From NCBI GenBank assembly GCA_900769695.1, contig CAAGHO010000042.1:268-64267 (forward strand): DNA of 64,000 nt. The letters are read 5' to 3'. This stretch comes from Bacilli bacterium (GTDB lineage Bacteria > Bacillota_I > Bacilli_A > RF39 > UBA660). Of the stretch, positions 27,221 to 36,836 are shown piece after piece; the first letter of the stretch is position 1; each line of letters starts with the position of its first letter. A model generated the notes under the pieces. That model worked only from the letters and a program-made list of their open reading frames with translations, searched no databases and was not told where the DNA came from. A program made the translations under genes and the position numbers.

Positions 27221-27383
27221 ATGAATTATTATAAAGAGATAAAAGAAGAATTAATAAATATGAGATAGTTTTATATAGTGTCTGAAAAAAGGTGCGACAT
27301 TGTCGCACCAATTAAGTTGGAGTCATTATTCAGAATTAATACTATTAGCTAATGTAGAAAAAATTAATTATTATGATTATTAA
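27221..27383 (+). pseudogene. Third, heavily degraded DUF1016-like remnant
   Basis: MNYYKEIKEELINMR then a stop. Further on, a fragment reads GATLSHQLSWSHYSELILLANVEKINYY in another phase. Confidence 0.65.
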
Positions 27384-27420
27384 AAGATTTAATTTATTCC
27401 TAAAATTGAATATTTATGTG

Positions 27421-27448
27421 TTAGCAAGAAAGTTCTTGCTTTTTTAAT
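27421..27448 (+). terminator. Rho-independent terminator after the DUF1016 array
   Basis: Stem AGCAAGA/TCTTGCT, loop AAGT, then a T-run. Confidence 0.55.
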
Positions 27449-27517
27449 GCTTTTATGATAAAATATAGAACACATATAGACGAAGGGGTTCGTTATAGAA
27501 TGCAGGGGGTAGTTTTT

Positions 27518-28192
27518 ATGAATGGAGTAACTCAAGATGTTACTGTAAAATCTTTTGATGATGTAAGAGTAAATTATGGATATTTATTCATTAAAAGATT
27601 ATTTGATATTATAGTAGCGATAATAGGAATTGTATTTTTGATACCAATTATGTTAGTTGTAAAAATAATGAATGTAATTAATAAAGATTTTGATCCAATA
27701 TTCTTTACACAAGAACGTATTGGTAAAAATGGAAAAACATTTAAATTTTATAAATTTAGAAGCATGGTACCTAATGCAGATGAAATATTAACTCAAACTT
27801 TAAAGATAGATAAAATAGCTGAAGAGGAATATAAGATTAATAAAAAACTAAAAAATGATCCAAGAATTACTAAAGCTGGTAAATTTTTAAGAAAAACTTC
27901 TTTAGATGAACTACCTCAATTCATTAATGTTTTAAAAGGAGATATGTCATTAATTGGTAATAGACCATATCTACCTAGAGAAAAAGAAGATATGATGGAT
28001 TTCTATGATGATATAGTTAAAACTAAACCAGGGCTTACAGGTTATTGGCAAGTAAATGGTAGAAGTGATACAACATTTAGAAAAAGATTAGAATTAGAAA
28101 GTTTCTATTCAAATAATTATTCATTAAAAATGGATCTAAAAATATTTTTTAAAACATTTAGTGTAGTTCTATTTAAAAAAGGAGCTAAATAA
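27518..28192 (+). CDS. Polyprenyl-phosphate sugar phosphotransferase, copy 2 (normal length)
   Basis: Same motifs as copy 1 (FTQERIGKNGKTFKFYKFRSM, DELPQFINVLKGDMSLIGNRP, PGLTGYWQVNGR). ATG follows GGGGGTAG. TGATAAAAT extended -10 upstream. Confidence 0.85.
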   Translation: MNGVTQDVTVKSFDDVRVNYGYLFIKRLFDIIVAIIGIVFLIPIMLVVKIMNVINKDFDPIFFTQERIGKNGKTFKFYKFRSMVPNADEILTQTLKIDKIAEEEYKINKKLKNDPRITKAGKFLRKTSLDELPQFINVLKGDMSLIGNRPYLPREKEDMMDFYDDIVKTKPGLTGYWQVNGRSDTTFRKRLELESFYSNNYSLKMDLKIFFKTFSVVLFKKGAK

Positions 28193-28193
28193 T

Positions 28194-28769
28194 ATGAAAA
28201 CCGATATTGATTTAAAAATTAAAACTGGTAAAGAACATGTTATGGAATGCTTTGATGATATAATGTATTTAATTAAAAACGATCCTGCTATTAGTAAAGT
28301 TTTTAAAGGAAGAGAAGATAGATTATTGACTGCAAGAATGTTATCTTCTTTATATGATGGTGATAAGTTAATTGGTTTTGCAAATTTAGTAAAAGAAAAG
28401 CAAAATCCACGTTTTCTTTTCTTGGATGTTGGTATTATAGAAGAGTATAGAGGAAGACATGTTGCATCAAAAATATTAGAAGATTTAAAAAGAATAGAAA
28501 AATATATTATAGTTGAAACACAACAAAGTAATTTTTTAGGAAATAAATCTTTAGAAAATAGAACGAGAAAGTTATTTGAAGTGGGAGATAGAAATGTTTA
28601 TTTACTTCAGGAAGATAAATATGATGAGTTTGTAGAAAAGGGTTATTTAGATTTATTAAAAAAACATTATGGTGAACCTAGTAGTAGAATGTCGCTATTA
28701 GAAGAAATATATAAAGAAGAAGATAAAAAGGGTAAAGAAAAAATAAAAACAGATAAAGAAAACAGATAA
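28194..28769 (+). CDS. Probable GNAT-family acetyltransferase
   Basis: LIGFANLV...FLDVGIIEEYRGRHVASKILEDL resembles GNAT motif A. Lys/Glu-rich tail. Confidence 0.45.
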   Translation: MKTDIDLKIKTGKEHVMECFDDIMYLIKNDPAISKVFKGREDRLLTARMLSSLYDGDKLIGFANLVKEKQNPRFLFLDVGIIEEYRGRHVASKILEDLKRIEKYIIVETQQSNFLGNKSLENRTRKLFEVGDRNVYLLQEDKYDEFVEKGYLDLLKKHYGEPSSRMSLLEEIYKEEDKKGKEKIKTDKENR

Positions 28770-28803
28770 GACTATACACCCAAATTATGTATAGTCTTTT
28801 GTG
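28768..28803 (+). terminator. Intrinsic terminator/attenuator inside the polysaccharide locus
   Basis: 10-bp stem AGACTATACA/TGTATAGTCT followed by TTTTGTGTG. Confidence 0.55.
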
Positions 28804-28825
28804 TGAGAAGTAGGGGTGAATTGAT

Positions 28826-29287
28826 ATGAATAAAATATGTTTAATTTCATCATCGGGTGGACATTTTGAACAGTTATTAATGTTGAGAAAATTAGGTAAA
28901 GACAATAACTTGTTTATAGTTACAGAAAAAACGAAATATAATAAAAATGATAAAAAAATAAATTACTATGTATCTCAGGTAAATAGAAAAGAACCTTTAT
29001 TCATATTTAAGTTGATTTCAATATTTATCAAGTCTTTATATATATTTATTAAAGAAAAGCCAGATGTAATTATAAGTACTGGTGTTATGGCATCTATTCC
29101 AATGATGTTGATTGGACATGTATTTAAAAGAAAGGTTATTTACATCGAATCATTTGCCAAAATAAATAGTCCTACTATGACTGGAAATTTAATTTATAAA
29201 AAGCATATTGCAGATCAATTTTATGTACAATGGAAAAGTATGCTAGAGTTCTATCCTGATGCAATATATAAAGGGGGAATTTATTGA
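28826..29287 (+). CDS. Alg14-like subunit of a split glycosyltransferase (PssD/Cps14F type)
   Basis: ICLISSSGGHFEQLLML is typical of Alg14-like membrane-associated subunits. It overlaps the next gene by 4 nt. Confidence 0.7.
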   Translation: MNKICLISSSGGHFEQLLMLRKLGKDNNLFIVTEKTKYNKNDKKINYYVSQVNRKEPLFIFKLISIFIKSLYIFIKEKPDVIISTGVMASIPMMLIGHVFKRKVIYIESFAKINSPTMTGNLIYKKHIADQFYVQWKSMLEFYPDAIYKGGIY

Positions 29288-29763
29288 TGATATTGGTGAC
29301 AGTTGGATCTCAAAAGTTTCAATTTAATCGACTTCTGAAAGAGATAGATAATTTAATAGAAAAAAATATTATAAAAGAAGAAGTATTTGCACAGATAGGT
29401 GTAAGTGACTATAAACCAAAAAATTACGAATATGTTAATTTTATGACTCAGGATGAATTTAATGAAAAGATAGATAAATCAAACTTAGTTATCACGCATG
29501 CTGGAACAGGAGTAATAGTCAACTCTTTAAAAAAAGAAAAGCGAGTTATTGCTTTGCCACGTTTGGCAAAATATGGTGAACATGTTGATAATCATCAAAT
29601 ACAATTAATAAATGAATTTAAGCAATTAAATCTTATAGAACCAGTATATGATACATTTGAATTAGAAAGTGCATTAAAGATTGTTAAAAAGAAAAAATAT
29701 AATAAATATATTTCAAATACTAATAAGATTATTGAAAGTATTGAAGAGTTTATAAAGGAGTGA
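29284..29763 (+). CDS. Alg13-like catalytic subunit (PssE/Cps14G type, GT28 C-terminal domain)
   Basis: MILVTVGSQKFQFNRLLKEID and ITHAGTGVIVNSL. Confidence 0.75.
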   Translation: MMILVTVGSQKFQFNRLLKEIDNLIEKNIIKEEVFAQIGVSDYKPKNYEYVNFMTQDEFNEKIDKSNLVITHAGTGVIVNSLKKEKRVIALPRLAKYGEHVDNHQIQLINEFKQLNLIEPVYDTFELESALKIVKKKKYNKYISNTNKIIESIEEFIKE

Positions 29764-29767
29764 TATA

Positions 29768-30649
29768 ATGTCAAAAGTAAATATACCAACGAAACTTTAT
29801 AGAAATATTTTGAGAATTTTACCTACCAAACCGGCCATTTATTTGATATATTTTAGAGGATATCATAAAATTCTAAATCTAAAGAACCCAAAAACATATG
29901 GTGAAAAAATCCAATGGTTAAAAATATATGGTAACTTGGAAGAAGTTAGTAATTATGTTGATAAATATGAAGTCAGGAATTTTATTGAAAAAAGTATAGG
30001 TGTTGAATATTTGAATGAATTGTATGGAGTATATGATGATGTAGAATCAATTGATTTTGATAAATTGCCATGCAAATTTGTTTTAAAAAATACAAATGGA
30101 AGTGGAGCTGTTTTAATTTGCAAAGATAAAAAATCTTTTAACGTCCAAAAAGCAAAAAAAATAATGAAGAAATGGTTGAATGATGATTATTACAAAGAAA
30201 AAAAAGAGCCTCAATATAAAAATATAAAGAATAGAATAATAATTGAAAAATATATGGAGGATAGCACTGGATCTTTAACTGATTATAAATTTTATTGTTT
30301 TAATGGAAAAGTGTATTGTTATGGAGTTTTTTATGATAGATTTGAAAATAAAAAAATAGACTTTTATGATCGAAGTGGAAATAAATTAAAAAATGTTAAA
30401 ACAAGCAATGTACAAAATTCTAATAAAATCGAAAAATACGATTCAAGGATAAAAAAAATGATTGAATTAGCAGAAAAATTATCAGATAATTTTACTATGG
30501 TAAGGGTAGATTTTTATTATTGCAATAATAAGATAATTTTTGGAGAATTAACTTTTACTGATGGAGCTGGTTCAGATCCTTGGACCCCAAGAAAATTTGA
30601 TTATGAAATGGGAAGCAAAATTGAATTATTAAACATAAGGAGAAAATGA
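29768..30649 (+). CDS. ATP-grasp fold amidoligase (TupA-like)
   Basis: NPKTYGEKIQWLKIY, DKYEVRNFIEK, FVLKNTNGSGA, DYKFYCFNGK. Confidence 0.75.
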   Translation: MSKVNIPTKLYRNILRILPTKPAIYLIYFRGYHKILNLKNPKTYGEKIQWLKIYGNLEEVSNYVDKYEVRNFIEKSIGVEYLNELYGVYDDVESIDFDKLPCKFVLKNTNGSGAVLICKDKKSFNVQKAKKIMKKWLNDDYYKEKKEPQYKNIKNRIIIEKYMEDSTGSLTDYKFYCFNGKVYCYGVFYDRFENKKIDFYDRSGNKLKNVKTSNVQNSNKIEKYDSRIKKMIELAEKLSDNFTMVRVDFYYCNNKIIFGELTFTDGAGSDPWTPRKFDYEMGSKIELLNIRRK

Positions 30650-31689
30650 TGAAAAAAGTATTAATGATTGGGCCTGCGAGAAATGTTAAAGGTGGAATGA
30701 CTACGGTTGTTGATAATTATTATCAATATGGTTTAAATGAAAAAGTGATTTTGAAGTATATAGAAAGTTGTTGTGATAAAAATATTTTTCTTAAGTTTAT
30801 TAAAGAAATTTTGGGGATTTTTCAATTTATTTTTTGTTTAAATAAGTTTGATATTATTCATATTCATGTTGCATCAAGGAGAAGCACTTTTAGAAAAATA
30901 CTCTATATAAAAATTTCAAAATTCTATGATAAAAAAGTTGTATTACATATCCATGGTGGTGGTTTTAGAGAATTTTTTGATAATGAAATATCTAGTCAGA
31001 AAAGAAAATATATAAAAAAGTGGTTTAACAAAGCAGATAAAATAATTGTTTTATCAGAAGAGTGGAAATTGTATTTTTCCAAAATTATCGATGATAAAAA
31101 AATAGTTGTAATGTATAATGGCGTTAATATTCCTAATGATTTTGAAAAGAAATTCAACGAAAAGATTTTATTTATGGGTAGGATTTGTGAGGAAAAAGGG
31201 ATTTTTGATTTGCTACATGTTGTTTCAAAATTAAAATCTAGACATCCAAATATTTTACTTAATTTATGTGGTTCAGGTTGTGAGAGAGAAATTGATGATT
31301 TTATAAAGAAATATCGGTTGGAGGATAACGTGATTAAACATGGGTGGATTAATGGTGATAGTTTAAAAACTCAATTAATAGATAATTCTATATTTGTTTT
31401 ACCATCGTATTTTGAAGCAATGCCAATGTCAATTTTAGAAGCAATGGCCTATAAAAATATTGTTATAGCTACATGTGTTGGCGGAATTCCACAAGTTATA
31501 GAAGATAACATTAATGGTTTTTTAATTCGACCTGGTGATGTACAAAGTATGGAAAGTATAATTGAAGGTATTATTAATTCTGATGTATATCAAAAAAATA
31601 TACCTATAGAGGCCAGAAAAACTATAATTGAAAAATTTAATATTAAAAGGAATATTAAAGAATTAGTAAAAATTTATAGCGAAATATAA
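30646..31689 (+). CDS. Glycosyltransferase family 4 (GT-B)
   Basis: EAMPMSILEAMAYKNIVIATCVGGIPQVIEDNINGFLIRPGD (E-x7-E region). Confidence 0.8.
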   Translation: MMKKVLMIGPARNVKGGMTTVVDNYYQYGLNEKVILKYIESCCDKNIFLKFIKEILGIFQFIFCLNKFDIIHIHVASRRSTFRKILYIKISKFYDKKVVLHIHGGGFREFFDNEISSQKRKYIKKWFNKADKIIVLSEEWKLYFSKIIDDKKIVVMYNGVNIPNDFEKKFNEKILFMGRICEEKGIFDLLHVVSKLKSRHPNILLNLCGSGCEREIDDFIKKYRLEDNVIKHGWINGDSLKTQLIDNSIFVLPSYFEAMPMSILEAMAYKNIVIATCVGGIPQVIEDNINGFLIRPGDVQSMESIIEGIINSDVYQKNIPIEARKTIIEKFNIKRNIKELVKIYSEI

Positions 31690-31704
31690 AAAAGGAGTAA
31701 CAAA

Positions 31705-32727
31705 ATGAATAATGATTTGATCAGTATAATTATTCCAATATATAATTGCGAAAAATATATAAGTAGATGTCTTGATTCTATTTTGAATCAAACTTACAAA
31801 AATTTCGAAATTATATGTATTAATGACGGTTCTACAGATTCATCTTTAAATGTAGTGTTGACATATATAAATGAAGCAAATGATAATAGGATTATAGTTA
31901 AATCAATAAGAAATTCTGGACCATCTATTGCCAGAAATGAGGGAATTAAAATTGCAACTGGAAAATATATTACATTTGTTGATTCAGATGATATGCTAAA
32001 TGAAAAATATCTAGAAGTACTTTATAGTATTGCAAAAATTAAAAATGTTAAGGTGGTAAGGTGTAATTATAAATTGTTTAATAAGAATGGTAGGTTTTTA
32101 AATTCAAATTATGATTATCCGGATAGATTATTTGAAAAAACATTATTTTTTGAACAAGAAATGTTTAATTCAATTATTTGGAATACGGTATGGGGCGAAC
32201 TCATTGATTCAGAACTAGCAAAACAAATAAAATTTGATGAGAAGAAAAGAATTGGAGAGGACCTGTTCTTTAACATAAATATTTATGAACGAGTAGAAAG
32301 TATATATTATACAAATGAAAGATTATATTATTATTTTGAAAATGATTTTGGAATAACTAAAAAATTTTCTGAAGAAAATATTAAAAAAAATTTTGTTGAT
32401 GCAGTTACAAATTATAGTGATTTGTATTTAAAATTTAAAGATTCTTGCTGTGAATATAGAATTGTTGAAAAAATGATTTCAGCTACGATTTCATATCAGC
32501 TGCAATTGAATTATATTAATATTAATAATTATATCTTTATATATGATTTATGTAAAAAAGATAATCAAATACTTAATTGTTTTAAAAAGTATAGAGGTAA
32601 AAGATATCACAAATATGTTTCGTTTGTAATAAATGATAAACCACAAAAATTTAAATATCTATGTTTATTTACATACATACCGTTAAAATTTTTTAAAGAA
32701 AAGTTAAAAAGGGGGTGTATAGAATGA
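31705..32727 (+). CDS. Glycosyltransferase family 2
   Basis: ISIIIPIYNCEKYISRCLDSILNQTYKNFEIICINDGSTD and FVDSDD. Confidence 0.85.
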   Translation: MNNDLISIIIPIYNCEKYISRCLDSILNQTYKNFEIICINDGSTDSSLNVVLTYINEANDNRIIVKSIRNSGPSIARNEGIKIATGKYITFVDSDDMLNEKYLEVLYSIAKIKNVKVVRCNYKLFNKNGRFLNSNYDYPDRLFEKTLFFEQEMFNSIIWNTVWGELIDSELAKQIKFDEKKRIGEDLFFNINIYERVESIYYTNERLYYYFENDFGITKKFSEENIKKNFVDAVTNYSDLYLKFKDSCCEYRIVEKMISATISYQLQLNYININNYIFIYDLCKKDNQILNCFKKYRGKRYHKYVSFVINDKPQKFKYLCLFTYIPLKFFKEKLKRGCIE

Positions 32728-33863
32728 TATACTTGATTATATTTTTCCTTTCTTTTTTATTACTATATGTATCAGAATATATAAAAAATAAGTATATAAA
32801 AAAAATGTTTATTATAATTAGTATATTGATTCCATGTATAATAGCAGGATTAAGATTTGAAACTATTGGTACGGATGTTACAATATATTTAAAAAAAATG
32901 TTTTTAAATGCAAATGTATCTAATAACTTATCTTCTTTCTTAAACATGAAAATTAGATATGATATTGTTTCTAGTTATGAGTTTGGATTTACCTTTCTTG
33001 TATATATACTAACACATATTTTTCATAATTTTCAAATTGTATTGTTTTTTATAGAAGTTCTTATTTTATTTCCAATATATAAGGGGTTGAAAATTTTATT
33101 TCAAGACACTAGAAAAATTTCTGTTTGTATGCTTGTATATTACTTTCTATTTTATAATACTTCATTTAATCTTATGAGACAATGCATTGCAATTTCTTTT
33201 GTTTTTTTAGGAACGTGTTATTTAATCAAAAATAAAAACATATTAAAGTTTTTCTTGCTAACCTTTCTTGCTTACTTTTTTCATAAGAGTTCATTGTTGT
33301 CTATATTTATATTTTTAATTTATTATATTAGCAGTTATGATTTCAAAAGGCATTTTAAATCAAAAAGACATGTCATAAAGTTTAATGAAATTTTACTTTT
33401 TATTTTATCTGTATTTTGCTTTTTTCTTGTAGTATATAATAATTTTTTTTCCCAGTTATTGTCAAATTTTAACTTAGAATATTATACTAGATATGTAAAT
33501 GGTAAGGTTACATTCACTTTACAGTGTATTGTTAGATTTATTCCATTTATAATATTTATATTTTTCTTTGGAAGGGATTTTAAAAAATTAGATGATAATT
33601 CTAATTTCTATATCACTACGGCGTTTTTTGAATTTATATTTAATTTGTTTTCATCTTTTAATGTATTTAGTTCTAGAATTGCACTATATTTTTCAATATT
33701 TTATATTGTTTCTTTTCCTAAAATAGCATTTTATAATAGAAATAAATTATTGAGTAATATAGTAAAATTTCTTTTGTTGGCATATTTAATAATTTATTGG
33801 TATTACTACTCAATTTATTGTAATGGTGGTGAAACATTTCCATATATATTTTATTTTGAATAA
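32724..33863 (+). CDS. EpsG/Wzy-like polysaccharide polymerase
   Basis: Polytopic, aromatic-rich membrane protein in the usual Wzy position. ATG 32724 follows GGGGG. Confidence 0.6.
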   Translation: MIYLIIFFLSFLLLYVSEYIKNKYIKKMFIIISILIPCIIAGLRFETIGTDVTIYLKKMFLNANVSNNLSSFLNMKIRYDIVSSYEFGFTFLVYILTHIFHNFQIVLFFIEVLILFPIYKGLKILFQDTRKISVCMLVYYFLFYNTSFNLMRQCIAISFVFLGTCYLIKNKNILKFFLLTFLAYFFHKSSLLSIFIFLIYYISSYDFKRHFKSKRHVIKFNEILLFILSVFCFFLVVYNNFFSQLLSNFNLEYYTRYVNGKVTFTLQCIVRFIPFIIFIFFFGRDFKKLDDNSNFYITTAFFEFIFNLFSSFNVFSSRIALYFSIFYIVSFPKIAFYNRNKLLSNIVKFLLLAYLIIYWYYYSIYCNGGETFPYIFYFE

Positions 33864-33878
33864 TAGGAGGTTTTATTT

Positions 33879-34949
33879 ATGAAAATATATTTAATTGCTT
33901 ATTTGAACAATAATCTTGGAGATGATTTGTTTATTGATTTAATCGTAAATAGGTATAAGAATTGTAAATTTAGTATTATTAGTTATTCAAAGTGCAATTT
34001 TAAGTACAAAAATTTGAAAATAATCAAAATGAATCCTTTAAGGCGCTTTTTTAATAGGTTATTAAAAAAGATGTCAAAAGGAAAATATGATATAAATTCT
34101 TTTTACTCTAACAAAAATGACATTACAATTACTATTGGTGGCAGTTTATTTATGGAAAATAGTAATTCCTATAAATTATTATTTTATAATTCTATAAAAA
34201 AGCCATATTTCATTATAGGTAGTAATGTGGGACCATACTATTCTGAAAAATATCTTAAATTTTTAAAAGAAAATATATTTCATAAGGCAAAAGATATATG
34301 TTTTAGAGATAAAAAATCATATGATTTATTTAAAAAAGCAAAAAATGTTCGATATGCACCAGATTTATTATTTTCATTTGATATAATCAATTATAAAATG
34401 ATTCATCCTCACAAGAAAAAAGCAATTATATCTGTCATAGATGTTTATCAAAAAAGATCTCAAATAAAAAATGCAAATCAAAATTTATATGAGGGTTTTA
34501 TTTTAAAACTTATTATGTTTTTTAAGAAAAATAATTATACAGTTGAATTGATTTCCTTTTGTAATAATGAGGGTGATAATGCTACTATAGACAGAATTAT
34601 CAATAGATCAAATGAAAAAGTTGAACGTTATAGTTATAATAATATATCTGAGACTATCACCGAATTATCAACTGCAACAACCATTGTTGGGACAAGATTT
34701 CATGCAAATATTTTAGGATTTCTTATGAAAAAAAATGTTATTCCTATTATTTATAATGATAAGACAAAAAATATGCTTAATGATATTGGCTTTAAAGGAC
34801 AATATTTTGATTTAAATGACATAGAAAAAATGAACATTGACAACCTATCAATCGATGATTTAAATTACGTAATTGATATAGAAGAGCAAGTTAAAAATTC
34901 AAATAATCATTTTAATAAAATTAACAATTACATATATAAAGGAGAATAG
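33879..34949 (+). CDS. Polysaccharide pyruvyl transferase family protein
   Basis: N-terminal NNNLGDDLFIDLI and overall CsaB/WcaK-like layout (TIVGTRFHANI). Confidence 0.65.
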   Translation: MKIYLIAYLNNNLGDDLFIDLIVNRYKNCKFSIISYSKCNFKYKNLKIIKMNPLRRFFNRLLKKMSKGKYDINSFYSNKNDITITIGGSLFMENSNSYKLLFYNSIKKPYFIIGSNVGPYYSEKYLKFLKENIFHKAKDICFRDKKSYDLFKKAKNVRYAPDLLFSFDIINYKMIHPHKKKAIISVIDVYQKRSQIKNANQNLYEGFILKLIMFFKKNNYTVELISFCNNEGDNATIDRIINRSNEKVERYSYNNISETITELSTATTIVGTRFHANILGFLMKKNVIPIIYNDKTKNMLNDIGFKGQYFDLNDIEKMNIDNLSIDDLNYVIDIEEQVKNSNNHFNKINNYIYKGE

Positions 34950-34951
34950 GT

Positions 34952-36385
34952 ATGAATAAAAATAGGAAAACTCAACTTGCAAAAAATACAATTATTGTAG
35001 CAATTGGACAGATATGTACTAAGTTTATAACTTTTTTTCTATTGCCATTATATACATCAGTTTTATCTGCCAAAGAATATGGTATTGTAGATTTATTAAA
35101 TACTTATATTTCATTGTTAATTCCTATTGCTTTTTTGCAAATGAATCAAGCAATTTTTAGATTTTTAATTGATGAAAGATCTAACGAGAGTGAAAAGAAA
35201 ACATTAATTTCTACTAGTTTAATATTTGTCTTTTTTCAATCTTTCATATATTTATTACTGTTTAGTATTATTTCATCATTCATTGAAAATGAGTATAAGT
35301 TCTTCTTACTATCTAATGTAATTGTATGTATGCTTTCTGATTTAATTTTACAAATTTCTAGAGGCTTGGGTGATAATAAGACCTATTCGATAGGAAGTTT
35401 AATATCAGGAGCTGGGGCAGTAATTTTAAATGTATTATTTATCGCTGTTTTTAGATATGGTGCATATGGAATGCTTACAGCAACTTTATTATCAAATTTA
35501 TTTTGTTTTATATATGTTTTTCTTAAGAAAAAATTGTTTAAATATATAGACATGAACTGCTTTAGGACAAAAAAATTGAAGGAAATGTTAAAGTATTCAT
35601 TACCACTAATACCAAATCAAATTTCCTGGTGGATAATTAATGCATCTGATAGAGTAATAATATCATCAATATTAGGAATTTCATATAATGGAATATACTC
35701 AGCAGCCAATAAATTTTCCGGAATATGTATATCATTCTTTAGCATTTTTAATATGACGTGGTCTGAATCTGCATCACTGCATATAGGCGATAAAGATTCT
35801 TCAAAATTTTTTTCTGATATTGTTAATAAAACAATAAAAGTATTTACTTGTCTATGTATTGTTATCATTTGTATTATGCCGTTTATATTTAAATATTTTA
35901 TAACAGGTTCGGAATATAGGCCCGCATATTATCAAATTCCAATTTTAATGTTGGCTACTTTATTTAATATTTTGGTTTCATTATTTGGTTCAATTTATAT
36001 TGCTTTGAAAAAAAGTAAAGAGATAGCGAAAACTTCCGTATATTCCGCAATTATAAATATTTTGGTTAATATTTTATTGATTAAGTATATTGGATTATAT
36101 GCAGCATCATTCTCGACTTTTATATCCTATTTTTTGATGTCGATATATAGATATATAGATATTAAAAAGTATATAAAAATTGAAATTGAAAATAAATTTA
36201 TTATTTTTTCGGTACCTTTATTTATAATAGCAATTATTTTGTATTATGTTAGAATTAAGTTTTTATGTTTTGGTGCCTTTATACTTGCAATTGTATATTC
36301 TATATATTTTAATAAGGATATTATAAAAGGTATGATCTTATTTGTCAAAAATAAAAAAATGAAAGGAATGGTAAAAAATATATGA
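34952..36385 (+). CDS. Wzx-type oligosaccharide flippase (MOP superfamily)
   Basis: About 12-14 TM segments. N-terminus LAKNTIIVAIGQICTKFITFFLLPLYT is typical of polysaccharide flippases. Confidence 0.8.
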   Translation: MNKNRKTQLAKNTIIVAIGQICTKFITFFLLPLYTSVLSAKEYGIVDLLNTYISLLIPIAFLQMNQAIFRFLIDERSNESEKKTLISTSLIFVFFQSFIYLLLFSIISSFIENEYKFFLLSNVIVCMLSDLILQISRGLGDNKTYSIGSLISGAGAVILNVLFIAVFRYGAYGMLTATLLSNLFCFIYVFLKKKLFKYIDMNCFRTKKLKEMLKYSLPLIPNQISWWIINASDRVIISSILGISYNGIYSAANKFSGICISFFSIFNMTWSESASLHIGDKDSSKFFSDIVNKTIKVFTCLCIVIICIMPFIFKYFITGSEYRPAYYQIPILMLATLFNILVSLFGSIYIALKKSKEIAKTSVYSAIINILVNILLIKYIGLYAASFSTFISYFLMSIYRYIDIKKYIKIEIENKFIIFSVPLFIIAIILYYVRIKFLCFGAFILAIVYSIYFNKDIIKGMILFVKNKKMKGMVKNI

Positions 36386-36819
36386 ATTTTTTAACAAAAG
36401 TAATTTACAAACGAAAAAAAACTAAATCAAAATTAATAAAACGATTTTTAACAAAAGTTATTTATTTAATTGGTTGTGATATTCCGGAGAGTGTTGTTAT
36501 AGGAAATAATGTAAATTTTTGTCATAATTGTTTAGGAACTGTAATCTACGCTGGAACAGTAATAGAAGATAATGTTAGAATTTATCAAAATGTCACAATT
36601 GGATTAAATAATCCTTACAAGAAAGAAAAGTTTTGTGTTGTAATAAAAAGTGGTTCATGCATATGTGCAGGAGCTAAGATTCTATGCAAGGATGAGTTGA
36701 TTGTCGGAAAAAATTCAATAGTTGGTGCTAATTGTGTTTTGAACCATAGTATTGGCGATAATGAAATTTGGGCAGGAATACCAGCAAAAAAAATAGGAAA
36801 TATAGACAAAAATAAATAA
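36382..36819 (+). CDS. Hexapeptide-repeat (LbH) O-acetyltransferase
   Basis: Left-handed beta-helix repeats (VVIGNNVNF, TVIEDNVRIYQNVTIG) and WAGIPAKKIG. Confidence 0.75.
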   Translation: MNFLTKVIYKRKKTKSKLIKRFLTKVIYLIGCDIPESVVIGNNVNFCHNCLGTVIYAGTVIEDNVRIYQNVTIGLNNPYKKEKFCVVIKSGSCICAGAKILCKDELIVGKNSIVGANCVLNHSIGDNEIWAGIPAKKIGNIDKNK

Positions 36820-36836
36820 TTAGAGAGGAAGTTTAA

